64,000 bases of DNA from Capsulimonadaceae bacterium (GTDB lineage Bacteria > Armatimonadota > Armatimonadia > Armatimonadales > Capsulimonadaceae), in assembly GCA_965215505.1 (NCBI GenBank), contig OZ244065.1, positions 5,472,001 to 5,536,000 of the forward strand, given 5' to 3'. Both the position numbers and the translations under genes were made by a program. Each line of letters begins with the position of its first letter. Position 1 is the first letter of the stretch. Below the pieces are notes generated by a model that saw only the letters and a program-made list of their open reading frames with translations, did no database searches and was not told the DNA's origin. This document shows, piece by piece, positions 1 through 9,343 of this stretch.

Positions 1-1
1 G

Positions 2-430
2 ACCGAGGGCGACCCGCTGCCCCGCCGGGACACCTTGATGAAGAAGGTCAATCTTCTGGTCAAGAACGGGCACCCACGGCTCCATTACAGCCCGATCACG
101 CAGGTCGAAGTCGTCCAGCACTCGCTGGCCGACGGCAAGTTCCGCGTCACCCTCCAGGTCAACCACGAGACGCAGCGCATGACTGTGGATTCGGTGGTCG
201 CGAACGTCGGCTCCCGCCCGGACGCCGTCACTTACGAGCGCGTCCTGCACGCCGAGGAGCCGGGGATCTACTTCGTCGGCGCGAAAGCCAGAGGTACGGG
301 CGACTTCTTCCTGGCAGAAGGCAGGACGCAGATCCGGGACGCCTTCCGCCAGATCACCGGACAGCCCGATCTGGACCTCTACTCCGAGGCGTCCGCCGCC
401 CTCGACGCGCCCGCCGGTTCGCCGCCCTGA
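2..430 (+). CDS. C-terminal part of a probable FAD-dependent oxidoreductase/flavoprotein (5' end outside window)
   Basis: Frame is open from nt 2 (TEGDPLPRRDTL...). Contains VDSVVANVGSRPD and EPGIYFVGAK segments typical of flavin oxidoreductase C-termini. Confidence 0.6.
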   Translation, partial: TEGDPLPRRDTLMKKVNLLVKNGHPRLHYSPITQVEVVQHSLADGKFRVTLQVNHETQRMTVDSVVANVGSRPDAVTYERVLHAEEPGIYFVGAKARGTGDFFLAEGRTQIRDAFRQITGQPDLDLYSEASAALDAPAGSPP

Positions 431-461
431 CCGGGCGCTTTCGCTTTCTTCCGCTGCGGCC

Positions 462-491
462 TTGACTTTTCCCCGTGCCGGGCTGTATGAT
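462..491 (+). promoter_or_regulatory. sigma70-type promoter for ilvA
   Basis: TTGACT (462-467), 18-nt spacer, TATGAT (486-491). Confidence 0.6.
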
Positions 492-1751
492 GGGGGCATT
501 ATAGCGGAAGCAGAAACAACCGAAAAGGGCGATGAGCCGCGCGTAAAGCTGGCCGACATTCGGGCCGCCTGGCCCGCCGTCCGCGCCGTCGTCCACCACA
601 CCCCGACCACGACAAGCGCCGCCGTCTCGCGCCGCGCGGGCGCATCAGACCTCGTGTTCAAGTGCGAGAACTTGCAGCGGACCGGCTCGTTCAAGATCCG
701 AGGCGCTTTCCACCGCCTCTCACTGCTGACGGACGAGGAGCGCGCGCGTGGCGTGGCCGCCGTCAGCGCGGGCAACCACGCTCAAGGAGTCGCGCTGGCC
801 GCCGCCCTGCTCGGCGTCTCGGCGACCATCTTCATGGCCGAGAACGCCAGCATCGCCAAGATCAAGGCCACCGAAGGCTACGGGGCGCGCGCTGTCCTGG
901 GCGGCCGGAACTTCGACGAGGCGGCCGTCGCCTGCGCCGCCTTCGTCGCCGAGACGGGCGCGGTCTTCATCTCCCCTTATGACGACGACGGCATCATCAC
1001 GGGGCAGGGCACCTTGGGCCTTGAACTCCTCCAGGACCTGCCCGACGTCGAGACAGTCATCATCCCCATCGGCGGCGGCGGCCTGTTCTCGGGCGTTGCG
1101 GCGGCCGTGAAGGAGTCCAGGCCCGACGTCCGCATCATCGGAGTCCAGGCCGAAGGCGCGGACGCCGCCGTGCAGTCGTTCCGCGCGGGCCGTCTGGTGC
1201 CCCGACTGACGCCCCTCCGGACCATCTGCGACGGCATCGCCATCAAGTCGCCCTCCCCGCGCACCTTTGGGTATATCCAGAAGTATGCCGACGACGTGGT
1301 CTCCGTGCCCGACGGGTCCGTCTCCGCCGCCCTGCTGCTTCTGCTGGAGCGAGCCAAGATGGTCGTCGAGCCGAGCGGCGCGGCCGGCCTGGCCGCCCTG
1401 CTGGCGGGCCGGACGGAGGCGCGCGGCAAGACCGCCGTCATCCTGTGCGGCGGCAACATCGACGCCCTCGCCCTGGCCGACCTGACCCAGCGCGAAATGC
1501 TGCGCGCGGACCGCTATTTGCGCCTGCTGACCGCCTGCGACGACCGCCCCGGCGGCCTGGCGGGCCTTCTGGACATTGTCGCAGGCGAGCGCGGCAACAT
1601 CATCACGGTCAACCACAACCGCCTCAGCTCACAGATCGGGCTGGGCGTGACCGGCGTCGAGCTTCTGGTGGAAGTGCGCGACCGGGCGCACCAGGAACGC
1701 ATCATCGCCGCCCTGCGGGAGCGCGACTACCCGGCAGAGCGTTTGGATTAG
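462..1751 (+). CDS. ilvA: Threonine ammonia-lyase (PLP) with C-terminal ACT domain; start codon uncertain
   Basis: KCENLQRTGSFKIRGA PLP-lysine motif, SAGNHAQG, PIGGGGL, VVEPSGA, and ACT-type DRPGGL. Confidence 0.92.
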   Translation: MTFPRAGLYDGGIIAEAETTEKGDEPRVKLADIRAAWPAVRAVVHHTPTTTSAAVSRRAGASDLVFKCENLQRTGSFKIRGAFHRLSLLTDEERARGVAAVSAGNHAQGVALAAALLGVSATIFMAENASIAKIKATEGYGARAVLGGRNFDEAAVACAAFVAETGAVFISPYDDDGIITGQGTLGLELLQDLPDVETVIIPIGGGGLFSGVAAAVKESRPDVRIIGVQAEGADAAVQSFRAGRLVPRLTPLRTICDGIAIKSPSPRTFGYIQKYADDVVSVPDGSVSAALLLLLERAKMVVEPSGAAGLAALLAGRTEARGKTAVILCGGNIDALALADLTQREMLRADRYLRLLTACDDRPGGLAGLLDIVAGERGNIITVNHNRLSSQIGLGVTGVELLVEVRDRAHQERIIAALRERDYPAERLD

Positions 1752-1784
1752 AGAAAATTTAAAGAGAAGAGTTAGGAGATCATC

Positions 1785-2939
1785 ATGGCAACGGAACCCG
1801 TCATCTCGAAAGGCCTGGAAGGCATCACCGCCGCCGCGACGCAGATCGCCGAAGTGGACGGCCAGAACGGCCGGCTGACCCTGCGCGGCTACGACATCGG
1901 CGAGCTGTCCGGCAAGGTCACGTTTGAGGAGGTCGCCTACCTCCTGTGGAACGGCAGCCTGCCTACGAAGACCGAGTACGATGACCTCAGAGCCGAGATG
2001 AGCCGGGCCCGCGCCCTTCCCGCCCCCGTCCTCGACGCCCTGGCAGACCTCGCCCCCCACGCCGAGGGCATGCACGTCCTCCGCATGGGCGCTTCCATGC
2101 TGTCCCTCGGCGATCCCGACGTGGACAGCCTGGACCTCGCCGGGGCCAAGCGCCGCGCCGCCCGGCTCCAGGCGCAGATGCCCGCCCTCGTCGCCCACAC
2201 CTGGCGGCTGCGGCAAGGGCAGGGGATCGTCCCGCCCAAGCCCGAACACGGCCTGGCCGAAGGCTTCCTGTACATGCTGGAAGGCGTCGAGCCGGACCAG
2301 GCCCGCGTGGACGGCCTCAACGCCTACATGGTGGCCGTCTCCGAACACGGCCTGAACGTCTCCACCTTCTGCGCCCGCGTCGCCATCTCCACCGACTCCG
2401 ACATGGTTTCCGCCCTGACCGCAGCCGTCGGCGCACTCAAAGGACCCAAGCACGGCGGCGTCCCCGGCCCCGTCCTAGACATGCTGAACGCCATCGGCAC
2501 CCCCGACAAGACCGACTCCTTCGTCCGCGCCGAGATGGCGGCGGGCCGCCGCATCATGGGCTTCGGCCACCGCATCTACAAGGTCCGGGACCCCCGCGCC
2601 GCCATCCTGTCCGCCGCCGCCGAGAAGATGGCCGCCCTGACCAACGACTACGCCCTGCTGAACCTCACCAAATCGGTGGAACAGACCACGATAGACGTGC
2701 TGGCCGAACTGAAGCCGGGCCGCGACCTGTACGCCAACGTCGAGCTGTACGCCGCGCTGATACTGCACGCCGTCGGCGTCCCCTCCGCCCTGTTCACCCC
2801 CGTCTTCGCCGTGGGCCGTACCTCCGGCTGGACCGCCCACATGATCGAGCAGCTAGACGGCAACCGCATCATCCGTCCCGAATCCGTCTACATCGGCCCC
2901 CGCGACCTGAAGTGGCAGCCGATGGACGCGCGGGGTTAG
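1785..2939 (+). CDS. gltA: Citrate synthase / 2-methylcitrate synthase
   Basis: GLEGI, EHGLNVSTF, LKGPKHGG, IMGFGHRIYKVRDPRA, ANVELY motifs; AGGAG SD upstream. Confidence 0.9.
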   Translation: MATEPVISKGLEGITAAATQIAEVDGQNGRLTLRGYDIGELSGKVTFEEVAYLLWNGSLPTKTEYDDLRAEMSRARALPAPVLDALADLAPHAEGMHVLRMGASMLSLGDPDVDSLDLAGAKRRAARLQAQMPALVAHTWRLRQGQGIVPPKPEHGLAEGFLYMLEGVEPDQARVDGLNAYMVAVSEHGLNVSTFCARVAISTDSDMVSALTAAVGALKGPKHGGVPGPVLDMLNAIGTPDKTDSFVRAEMAAGRRIMGFGHRIYKVRDPRAAILSAAAEKMAALTNDYALLNLTKSVEQTTIDVLAELKPGRDLYANVELYAALILHAVGVPSALFTPVFAVGRTSGWTAHMIEQLDGNRIIRPESVYIGPRDLKWQPMDARG

Positions 2940-2955
2940 CGAAAATGGGGGCATC

Positions 2956-3432
2956 ATGCGGGACTTGTCTGAACTCTACCTGCGGCGCTCCAGCCCGCCA
3001 CCTTCCGCTGAGGCGATCCGCGCTTTTGAGGCCCATTTTGGGGTGACGCTCCCGCCCGACTACCTGCACTTTCTGTCACTGGCAAACGGCGGCGAGCCGA
3101 TGCTCGACTGCACGTTCAACTACACGACGGCCCTTGGGGACTTCGTGGAAGACGCCGACCAAGTTGCCGAGTTCTTCGCCCTGACTTCTGACCCCGAGAA
3201 CGGCGGCGGCATCTGGAGCAACACGCAGTACCTCCTGAACGAGCTTGAAGCCGTCGGCAAGGCCGAGAACGTCATCTGCATCGCCAGGGCCAGTGAGTTC
3301 GATTACATCTACCTGGACACGAACACTGACCCGCCCTGCGTCCGCTTCCTCTGCCTCGATATGAAGGAGACCATCCCAACGATCTCCACGTCAATTGGCG
3401 AGTTCCTGGCGGGTTTGCATTACCGGCGGTAG
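2956..3432 (+). CDS. SMI1/KNR4 (SUKH) family protein
   Basis: AIRAFEAHFGVTLPPDYLHFLSLANGG signature and C-terminal ISTSIGEFL. Confidence 0.85.
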   Translation: MRDLSELYLRRSSPPPSAEAIRAFEAHFGVTLPPDYLHFLSLANGGEPMLDCTFNYTTALGDFVEDADQVAEFFALTSDPENGGGIWSNTQYLLNELEAVGKAENVICIARASEFDYIYLDTNTDPPCVRFLCLDMKETIPTISTSIGEFLAGLHYRR

Positions 3433-3436
3433 GAAG

Positions 3437-3578
3437 ACCATGTGTTAAAACACACGGCTAGACGGCCTGCGGCCACGAAGTGCCGCTTCGCGGCACTCGG
3501 ACGGGAAACTATTCTCATCCCCGCGAAGCGGGGATTGTTGGCGTCCGCGCCGTCTAGCCGTGTGTTTTAACACATGGT
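3437..3578. repeat. 142-bp palindromic REPIN/MITE-like element, copy 1
   Basis: Perfect 30-bp inverted repeats at 3437-3466 and 3549-3578, enclosing hairpins agtgccgc-ttc-gcggcact and atccccgc-gaa-gcggggat. Confidence 0.9.
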
Positions 3579-3604
3579 TTGGGATTATGGACAGTTGAGG
3601 AGCG

Positions 3605-4324
3605 ATGATGGGAGTGCTGAAAGGACTGAACTGGCTTCAACGGCGGCGTCTCAACCGCGCTCTGCTGGTTGCGGTATCTAAAGGTGAGACGCAGCAAGTG
3701 AAGTGGCTGCTTGACTCAGGAGCCTCAGCCAATGCCGAGGCTTGGCGTGCAACTGCTTTAGGAACCGCTGGTCGCTCTCCTTGGGGCAACGCCGCTACTG
3801 TTCGTCTTCTGCTGGAGCGTGGTGCTTTCATCAATGGTGATCCTCGGCGAAGAAGAACCCAAAATCCCCTCGTTCAAGCCTCTCATCAAAGCGATAATGA
3901 CCGTATCAGGCTGTTGATAACACACGGCGCAGATGTCAATGCTCTTCAACCAGGTTTAGGTACAGGACTTACGCCATTGCAGGAATTAGTCAAGTGGGCC
4001 GATCTGGACACTCTCAGTTTGCTTCTGGAACGTGGCGCGGACATCAACAAGAGATGTGCAACCTATGCGAAGCGCATGAGGGGCGGCTTCACGGCACTTC
4101 ATTCTGCCGCCAGTGCGGGGCGTCCCGATGTTGTGGCCTTCCTCCTCGAAAAAGGCGCTGACATAACTCTCTCTGATGCTCAAGGTAGAACCGCGCTCGA
4201 CTCTGCTCGAAGAACACTAGAACAACCATTCTTCCGCAACAAGAAAAACGAGACATGGGCAGAGGCTTATCGAGAAACTATTGCCTTGCTTGAAAAGGAA
4301 ACCGAACCATGCCCAAATCATTGA
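3605..4324 (+). CDS. Ankyrin repeat protein
   Basis: Repeated LLxxGAdvN...GxTPLH/TALH units; visibly more A/T-rich codons than neighbouring genes. Confidence 0.9.
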   Translation: MMGVLKGLNWLQRRRLNRALLVAVSKGETQQVKWLLDSGASANAEAWRATALGTAGRSPWGNAATVRLLLERGAFINGDPRRRRTQNPLVQASHQSDNDRIRLLITHGADVNALQPGLGTGLTPLQELVKWADLDTLSLLLERGADINKRCATYAKRMRGGFTALHSAASAGRPDVVAFLLEKGADITLSDAQGRTALDSARRTLEQPFFRNKKNETWAEAYRETIALLEKETEPCPNH

Positions 4325-6783
4325 TGATACGCCCCGACGAAGTCCGTAAGTCTCACATGGTCGAGTTCAACCCCATCCCGGCCAACCAGTACCGCAAGAC
4401 GATGGCGGACGAGTTGGACCGGTTCGCCTCCGAGGACCTGATACGCATCCACCGGGACATGGCGGTCATCCGGGCCTTCGAGTCCATGCTGCAAGAGGTC
4501 AAGACGACCAACAAGTACGAGGGCATCGAGTACAACCACCGCGGCCCCGCCCACCTCAGCATCGGGCAGGAGGCATCGGCGGTCGGTCAGGCATACCTGC
4601 TGGGTGTGGACGACCACATCTTCGGGTCGCACCGGTCGCATGGGGACATTTTAGCCAAAAGCCTGTCGGCCATCGAGAAGCTGGACGACGACGCCCTGCT
4701 CCGCATCATGCGGACGTTCTGGGACGGAGCGATTTTGAGAGTCGTGGAGGGCGACGCCGACGGGTCCGTTAAAGACCTCGCCGTGGACTTCCTGCTGTAC
4801 GGGACTCTGGCGGAGATCTTCGGGCGCGAGACCGGGTTCAACAAGGGCATGGGCGGCTCCATGCACGCCTTCTTCACGCCGTTCGGCGTCTACCCGAACA
4901 ATGCCATCGTTGGCGGCTCAGCGGACATCTCCGTCGGCGCGGCGCTGTACAAGCGGGTCAACCGCAAGCCGGGCCTGGTCATCTGCAACATCGGCGACGC
5001 CGCCGCCGGGTGCGGTCCCACCTGGGAGGCGCTGTGCTTCGCGACGATGGACCAGTTCAAGACGCTGTGGGATCAGGCCTTAGGCGGCGGGCTGCCGCTC
5101 ATCGTCAACTTCGTCAATAACTTCTACGGCATGGGCGGCCAGCCGGTCGGAGAAACCATGGGCTTCGGGACACTGGTCCGCATGGGCGCGGGTCTCTCCC
5201 CGGACCAGATGCACGCCGAGCGCGTGGACGGTTATAACCCACTGGCGGTCATTGACGCCATCGCGCGCAAGAAGGAACTGCTCGAAAATGGCGACGGACC
5301 CGTCCTGCTGGATACCATCACTTACCGGTTCAGCGGCCACTCGCCCTCGGATGCATCCTCATACCGCGAGAAGGCCGAGATCGAGGAATGGCGGCAGGTG
5401 GACTCGCTGCTGACCTATGCCGAGGAGCTGATGCGGAACGGCCTGGCGACGAGCGAGGGCCTGGAGGCCGCCCACGCGAAGATCGACGCGGCCATCCTGC
5501 GGGCTTACAAGAAGGCGATTGACTTGACCGTCTCACCCCGCGCCGACCTGTACGCGCCGGGCAGCCTGCTGGAGACGACCATGTTCTCTAATGGCAAGGT
5601 CGAGTCGTGTGACGCCGGGCGGACGCCCGAGACGCTGATTTCTAAAGAAGACAACCCGCGCGTCAAGCGGCTGGCCGGCCGCTCCCGGTCCGGCATCGGT
5701 GAGGACGGGGAACTCCTGCCGAAGGGGAAATGCATCGGCCTCCGGGACGCACTCTTTGAGGCAATCATAGACCGCTTCTATGCCGACCCAACCCTGATCG
5801 CTTATGGCGAGGAGAACCGCGACTGGGGCGGCGCGTTCGCCGTCTACCAGGGCTTGACCGAGGCTCTGCCCTACCATCGCCTGTTCAACAGCCCCATTTC
5901 AGAGGCCGCCATCGTCGGCACTGCCGTCGGCTACGCCCTGGAAGGCGGGCGGGCCCTGGTCGAGCTGATGTACTGCGACTTCCTGGGCCGGGCGGGCGAT
6001 GAGGTCTTCAACCAGCTCTCCAAGTGGCAGTCCATGAGCGGGGGCCTGCTGCAAATGCCGGTCGTCCTGCGCGTCTCCGTCGGCTCCAAGTACGGCGCGC
6101 AGCACTCGCAGGACTGGACCGCCCTCTGCGCCCATATCCCCGGCCTGAAAGTCGTCTTCCCCGTCACGCCCTATGACGCCAAGGGCCTGATGCAGACGGC
6201 TCTGATGGGAACGGACCCGGTGGTCTTCTTTGAAAGCCAGCGCGTCTATGACCAGACCGAGTTGTTCCACGGGACGGAAGGCGTCCCCGCCGCGCCCTAC
6301 GAGATCCCCTTGGGCGAGCCGGACATCAAGCGTGTCGGCAGTGACCTGACTATCCTGACCGTCGGTGCGACCCTATACCGCGCTCTAGAGGCCGCCAAGA
6401 CACTGGAGGCCGACTACGGCCTGTCCTGCGAGGTCATTGACGCCCGCTCCATCGTCCCCTTCAATTACGAGAAGGTCGTCGCCAGTGTCCAGAAGACCGG
6501 CAAGATCCTCCTCGCCTCCGACGCCTGCGAGCGCGGCTCGGTCTTGCAGACGATGGCCGCCAAGATCACGCAGTTCGCCTTCAATTACCTTGATGCCCCG
6601 CCCGTCATCCTCGGCGCACGCAACTGGATCACGCCGCCCGACGAGGTGGAAGACGCCTTCTTCCCGTTCCCCACCGACTTCCTGGACGCCGTCCACACCC
6701 ACCTCCAGCCGCTCAAAGGGTATGAGGCCAAGCGGCAAGCGGGCACTGAGGATTTGATGCGGCGGAGTAAAGAGGGGGTATAA
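4309..6783 (+). CDS. Fused alpha/beta E1 subunit of a 2-oxoacid (or acetoin) dehydrogenase, ThDP-dependent
   Basis: [43 protein letters not shown] and transketolase C-terminal motifs in one 824-aa ORF. Confidence 0.9.
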   Translation: MPKSLMIRPDEVRKSHMVEFNPIPANQYRKTMADELDRFASEDLIRIHRDMAVIRAFESMLQEVKTTNKYEGIEYNHRGPAHLSIGQEASAVGQAYLLGVDDHIFGSHRSHGDILAKSLSAIEKLDDDALLRIMRTFWDGAILRVVEGDADGSVKDLAVDFLLYGTLAEIFGRETGFNKGMGGSMHAFFTPFGVYPNNAIVGGSADISVGAALYKRVNRKPGLVICNIGDAAAGCGPTWEALCFATMDQFKTLWDQALGGGLPLIVNFVNNFYGMGGQPVGETMGFGTLVRMGAGLSPDQMHAERVDGYNPLAVIDAIARKKELLENGDGPVLLDTITYRFSGHSPSDASSYREKAEIEEWRQVDSLLTYAEELMRNGLATSEGLEAAHAKIDAAILRAYKKAIDLTVSPRADLYAPGSLLETTMFSNGKVESCDAGRTPETLISKEDNPRVKRLAGRSRSGIGEDGELLPKGKCIGLRDALFEAIIDRFYADPTLIAYGEENRDWGGAFAVYQGLTEALPYHRLFNSPISEAAIVGTAVGYALEGGRALVELMYCDFLGRAGDEVFNQLSKWQSMSGGLLQMPVVLRVSVGSKYGAQHSQDWTALCAHIPGLKVVFPVTPYDAKGLMQTALMGTDPVVFFESQRVYDQTELFHGTEGVPAAPYEIPLGEPDIKRVGSDLTILTVGATLYRALEAAKTLEADYGLSCEVIDARSIVPFNYEKVVASVQKTGKILLASDACERGSVLQTMAAKITQFAFNYLDAPPVILGARNWITPPDEVEDAFFPFPTDFLDAVHTHLQPLKGYEAKRQAGTEDLMRRSKEGV

Positions 6784-6787
6784 TGCA

Positions 6788-7168
6788 GTGGCGACGTGGC
6801 GAGAGATGAGCCTCGATAATCGGCGGGCCGCGCAGGAGGCTCTGACGGCCGGCCGATTGCGGAGCAGCATCAGCCGCTCCTACTATGCGGCATACTGTGC
6901 TGTGACGAGTAAGCTGGCCGGAAAGTTCACATTCGACTATGGCGGGAACAACCCTGCTCATAATGATCTGCCGAACCTGATCTTTCACAACCTGACTATC
7001 GTGGACGAGGTGAAGCGCCGTGACATCCGGCAGGCCGTCGGGCAACTCTGGAAGGTGCGGGTGGAAGCCGACTATGTGCCAGGCGCTTACATCGACCGCG
7101 ACATAGCGCTGAACGCCCTGCGCGACGCAAGCCGAATACTGCGGCTAATGGAGGTTCAAGATGAGTGA
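6788..7168 (+). CDS. HEPN-domain protein
   Basis: SRSYYAAY...H...RVEADY pattern. Confidence 0.75.
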   Translation: MATWREMSLDNRRAAQEALTAGRLRSSISRSYYAAYCAVTSKLAGKFTFDYGGNNPAHNDLPNLIFHNLTIVDEVKRRDIRQAVGQLWKVRVEADYVPGAYIDRDIALNALRDASRILRLMEVQDE

Positions 7169-7400
7169 ACAGCAGATCGGACAACTGGTGCGTAACTACC
7201 TGCTAGACCATCAGCCGGTAGGCGGTACTATTGAAGTCTTAGAGCAAGACATCCGTAAAGACGGCGAGTGGTGGTATGTGCCGGTTCGTCCTGACCATCA
7301 GTTGCCAAAGACCTACCGCTACTATGAAGAACTCACCGACATCGAGAACCAACTGAGGGAAAACGAGCAGATTGACGTTCTGCTTGTTCCCTCCGCCTGA
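7161..7400 (+). CDS. Small hypothetical protein, probable HEPN partner
   Basis: 79 aa, overlaps the HEPN stop, GGAGG SD. Confidence 0.65.
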   Translation: MSEQQIGQLVRNYLLDHQPVGGTIEVLEQDIRKDGEWWYVPVRPDHQLPKTYRYYEELTDIENQLRENEQIDVLLVPSA

Positions 7401-7457
7401 ACCTACAGTTCGGGCGGACAAACAAGAGCCGCGGCATCCGCCACGCGCCCTTAACTG

Positions 7458-7682
7458 CTATGGCCGGCTCTCCTGGAACGGGCTGACTTCCGAGATGGGG
7501 TCTTCATCCACCTGTGTCGTCACGCCGCCGGAGCCGAAGTGCAGCGGGTCGGAGCCTGCCGGGGCGAGGCCCGCGAACTCTTCCTGCGCGCGCTCCCGCG
7601 CCTCTCCGCTGATGCTCTCCACGGCTTCCTGGCCGGTCATCTGCTCTGCATCCGGGTGTGTTTCAGAGGGTGTCTGTGCCAT
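7458..7682 (-). CDS. Small acidic hypothetical protein (74 aa)
   Basis: AGGAG SD before ATG 7682; codon usage like neighbouring genes. Confidence 0.55.
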   Translation of the reverse strand: MAQTPSETHPDAEQMTGQEAVESISGEARERAQEEFAGLAPAGSDPLHFGSGGVTTQVDEDPISEVSPFQESRP

Positions 7683-7764
7683 CTGCCTTGCTCCTGCCTG
7701 GGGTCTGTAGTCGTTAAAAGCTACCGCAGAATGGCACGGCTTCAAACCTGCGCCGTCCCAGCGC

Positions 7765-8034
7765 CTAAACCGCGCCCTTGATGAACAGCACGTCCAGGCC
7801 GACGCGCTTCCAGACGAAGCCGTGCTGGTGGGACAGGGCCTCCGCCCAGGTGGCGACGGCGGCCTTGGGGCCGTCGGGCTGCTCGGTCAGGGTGTCCGAG
7901 GCGCAGGCGGCGTTCACGAGGACTTGATTCCCGTTGTTGACGGAGGAAACCGCCTCCTGCTCGATGGCCTCCAGGCCCTTGCCGTAGGTCAGCACGCGGA
8001 CCATTCGGACTTTTGCGGCGGGTGCGTTCAGCAT
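7765..8034 (-). CDS. Hypothetical protein (89 aa)
   Basis: GAGGA SD; G/C-rich third codon positions. Confidence 0.55.
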   Translation of the reverse strand: MLNAPAAKVRMVRVLTYGKGLEAIEQEAVSSVNNGNQVLVNAACASDTLTEQPDGPKAAVATWAEALSHQHGFVWKRVGLDVLFIKGAV

Positions 8035-8160
8035 GGGGGCGACACTTCCTCTCGGCGTTGGCCGGCACTCATTCTACTGACACCCATTCTACCCGATGTG
8101 AGGGCGTCTTCGGCGCAGAAAGTGTTCCCAAGCCGGGCGGCGTCATGGTAAAATAACCAT

Positions 8161-9318
8161 ATGGCTGTCTCGACCACGCATCCGCCCCGTGTCCCACCGT
8201 TCTGGCTGTTCCCCGCCGCGCTGCTCTGCGCCGCCTACGGCCTGCTCGGGCTGACCTTCATCCAGCAGGGGCACGGCGACATCATGGCCCGGTGCGTCCT
8301 GATGGACCCGTCCTTGTCGCGCATCTGGAGCGTCGGGCACGTCGAGATCAGCCTGTCGTATTTCGGCGTCTTCGGCGCGATGGTGTTCTACTTCCTCCGG
8401 CTGTACGGTCAGGACCGGGCGCACCTGCTGGACCTGGGCCTCGCGATGGCCTACATCCTCGGGTCGTTCCTGCTCGACCTCTTCTGCGTGATGCACTTCC
8501 AGCCGTTCGCCGCCCTGCTCATCGGGGATGCCGTGGTCGTGACGTTCACCGTGCTGGTCTCCAAGCAGCTCTGGTTCCAGCGCCTGCTCGGTGTCTTCGT
8601 CCCCCTCGTCTTCTTCACCTGCGGGGTGGGGCACCTGCTGGAAGGCATGTCGTACTGGAAACTCACCTACCCCGTGAACGTCCCCTGGACGATGGTGACG
8701 GCGGACATCGGCTTCGCCATCCTGGTGAACGCGGTCCGCTTCCCGGCCTTCATCCGGGGCCAGGACGTGCTGACCGAGCTGGCCCAGGCCCGGCAGGAGG
8801 CCGCCGTCAAACAGAGCTTCTTCCGGGATGTCCTGATGTCGGTAACGGAGGGCCGCCTGCATCTCTGCGACACCCCCACCGACCTGCCCCCGCCGCTGCC
8901 GCCGGTCACGGACCCGATCTCGCTGTCACGAGAGACCATGGCGGGCGCGCGGCATCTGGCGGCCGGAGCGGCGCAGGCGCGGAACTTCCCCGACGACCGC
9001 GTTGACTGCCTCAACACCGCCGTCGGCGAGGCCGCCATGAATGCCGTGGTGCATGGCGGCGGCGGCGAGGCGATCATCCGCGCGGACGACGAGGCGATCC
9101 AGGTCTGGATCACCGACCGGGGCGCGGGAATTCAACTCGCCGAACTGCCGCGCGCCACTTTAGAGCAGGGGTACAGCACGAAAGGCTCACTCGGCCACGG
9201 CTTCTCGATGATGCTGCGCGCCGCCGACACGGTCCATCTGCTGACCGGGAGCGGCGGGACGCACGTTGTCCTCACCCTGCATCGCGAGCCTGCCAGGCCC
9301 ATGAGCCTCGCGGCATGA
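8161..9318 (+). CDS. Membrane sensor (ethylene-receptor-like TM domain) fused to RsbW/SpoIIAB-type HATPase kinase
   Basis: Multiple N-terminal TM helices with FFTCGVGHL; C-terminal AVGEAAMNAVVHG, ITDRGAGI and GSLGHGF boxes; no HisKA domain. Confidence 0.8.
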   Translation: MAVSTTHPPRVPPFWLFPAALLCAAYGLLGLTFIQQGHGDIMARCVLMDPSLSRIWSVGHVEISLSYFGVFGAMVFYFLRLYGQDRAHLLDLGLAMAYILGSFLLDLFCVMHFQPFAALLIGDAVVVTFTVLVSKQLWFQRLLGVFVPLVFFTCGVGHLLEGMSYWKLTYPVNVPWTMVTADIGFAILVNAVRFPAFIRGQDVLTELAQARQEAAVKQSFFRDVLMSVTEGRLHLCDTPTDLPPPLPPVTDPISLSRETMAGARHLAAGAAQARNFPDDRVDCLNTAVGEAAMNAVVHGGGGEAIIRADDEAIQVWITDRGAGIQLAELPRATLEQGYSTKGSLGHGFSMMLRAADTVHLLTGSGGTHVVLTLHREPARPMSLAA

Positions 9319-9343
9319 AAGCCGGTCCCACTTGAAGACCATC

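Noticed and set aside
8800-9318. Classical sensor histidine kinase
   Set aside because: No HisKA phospho-His box; the motifs match the RsbW/SpoIIAB-type HATPase.
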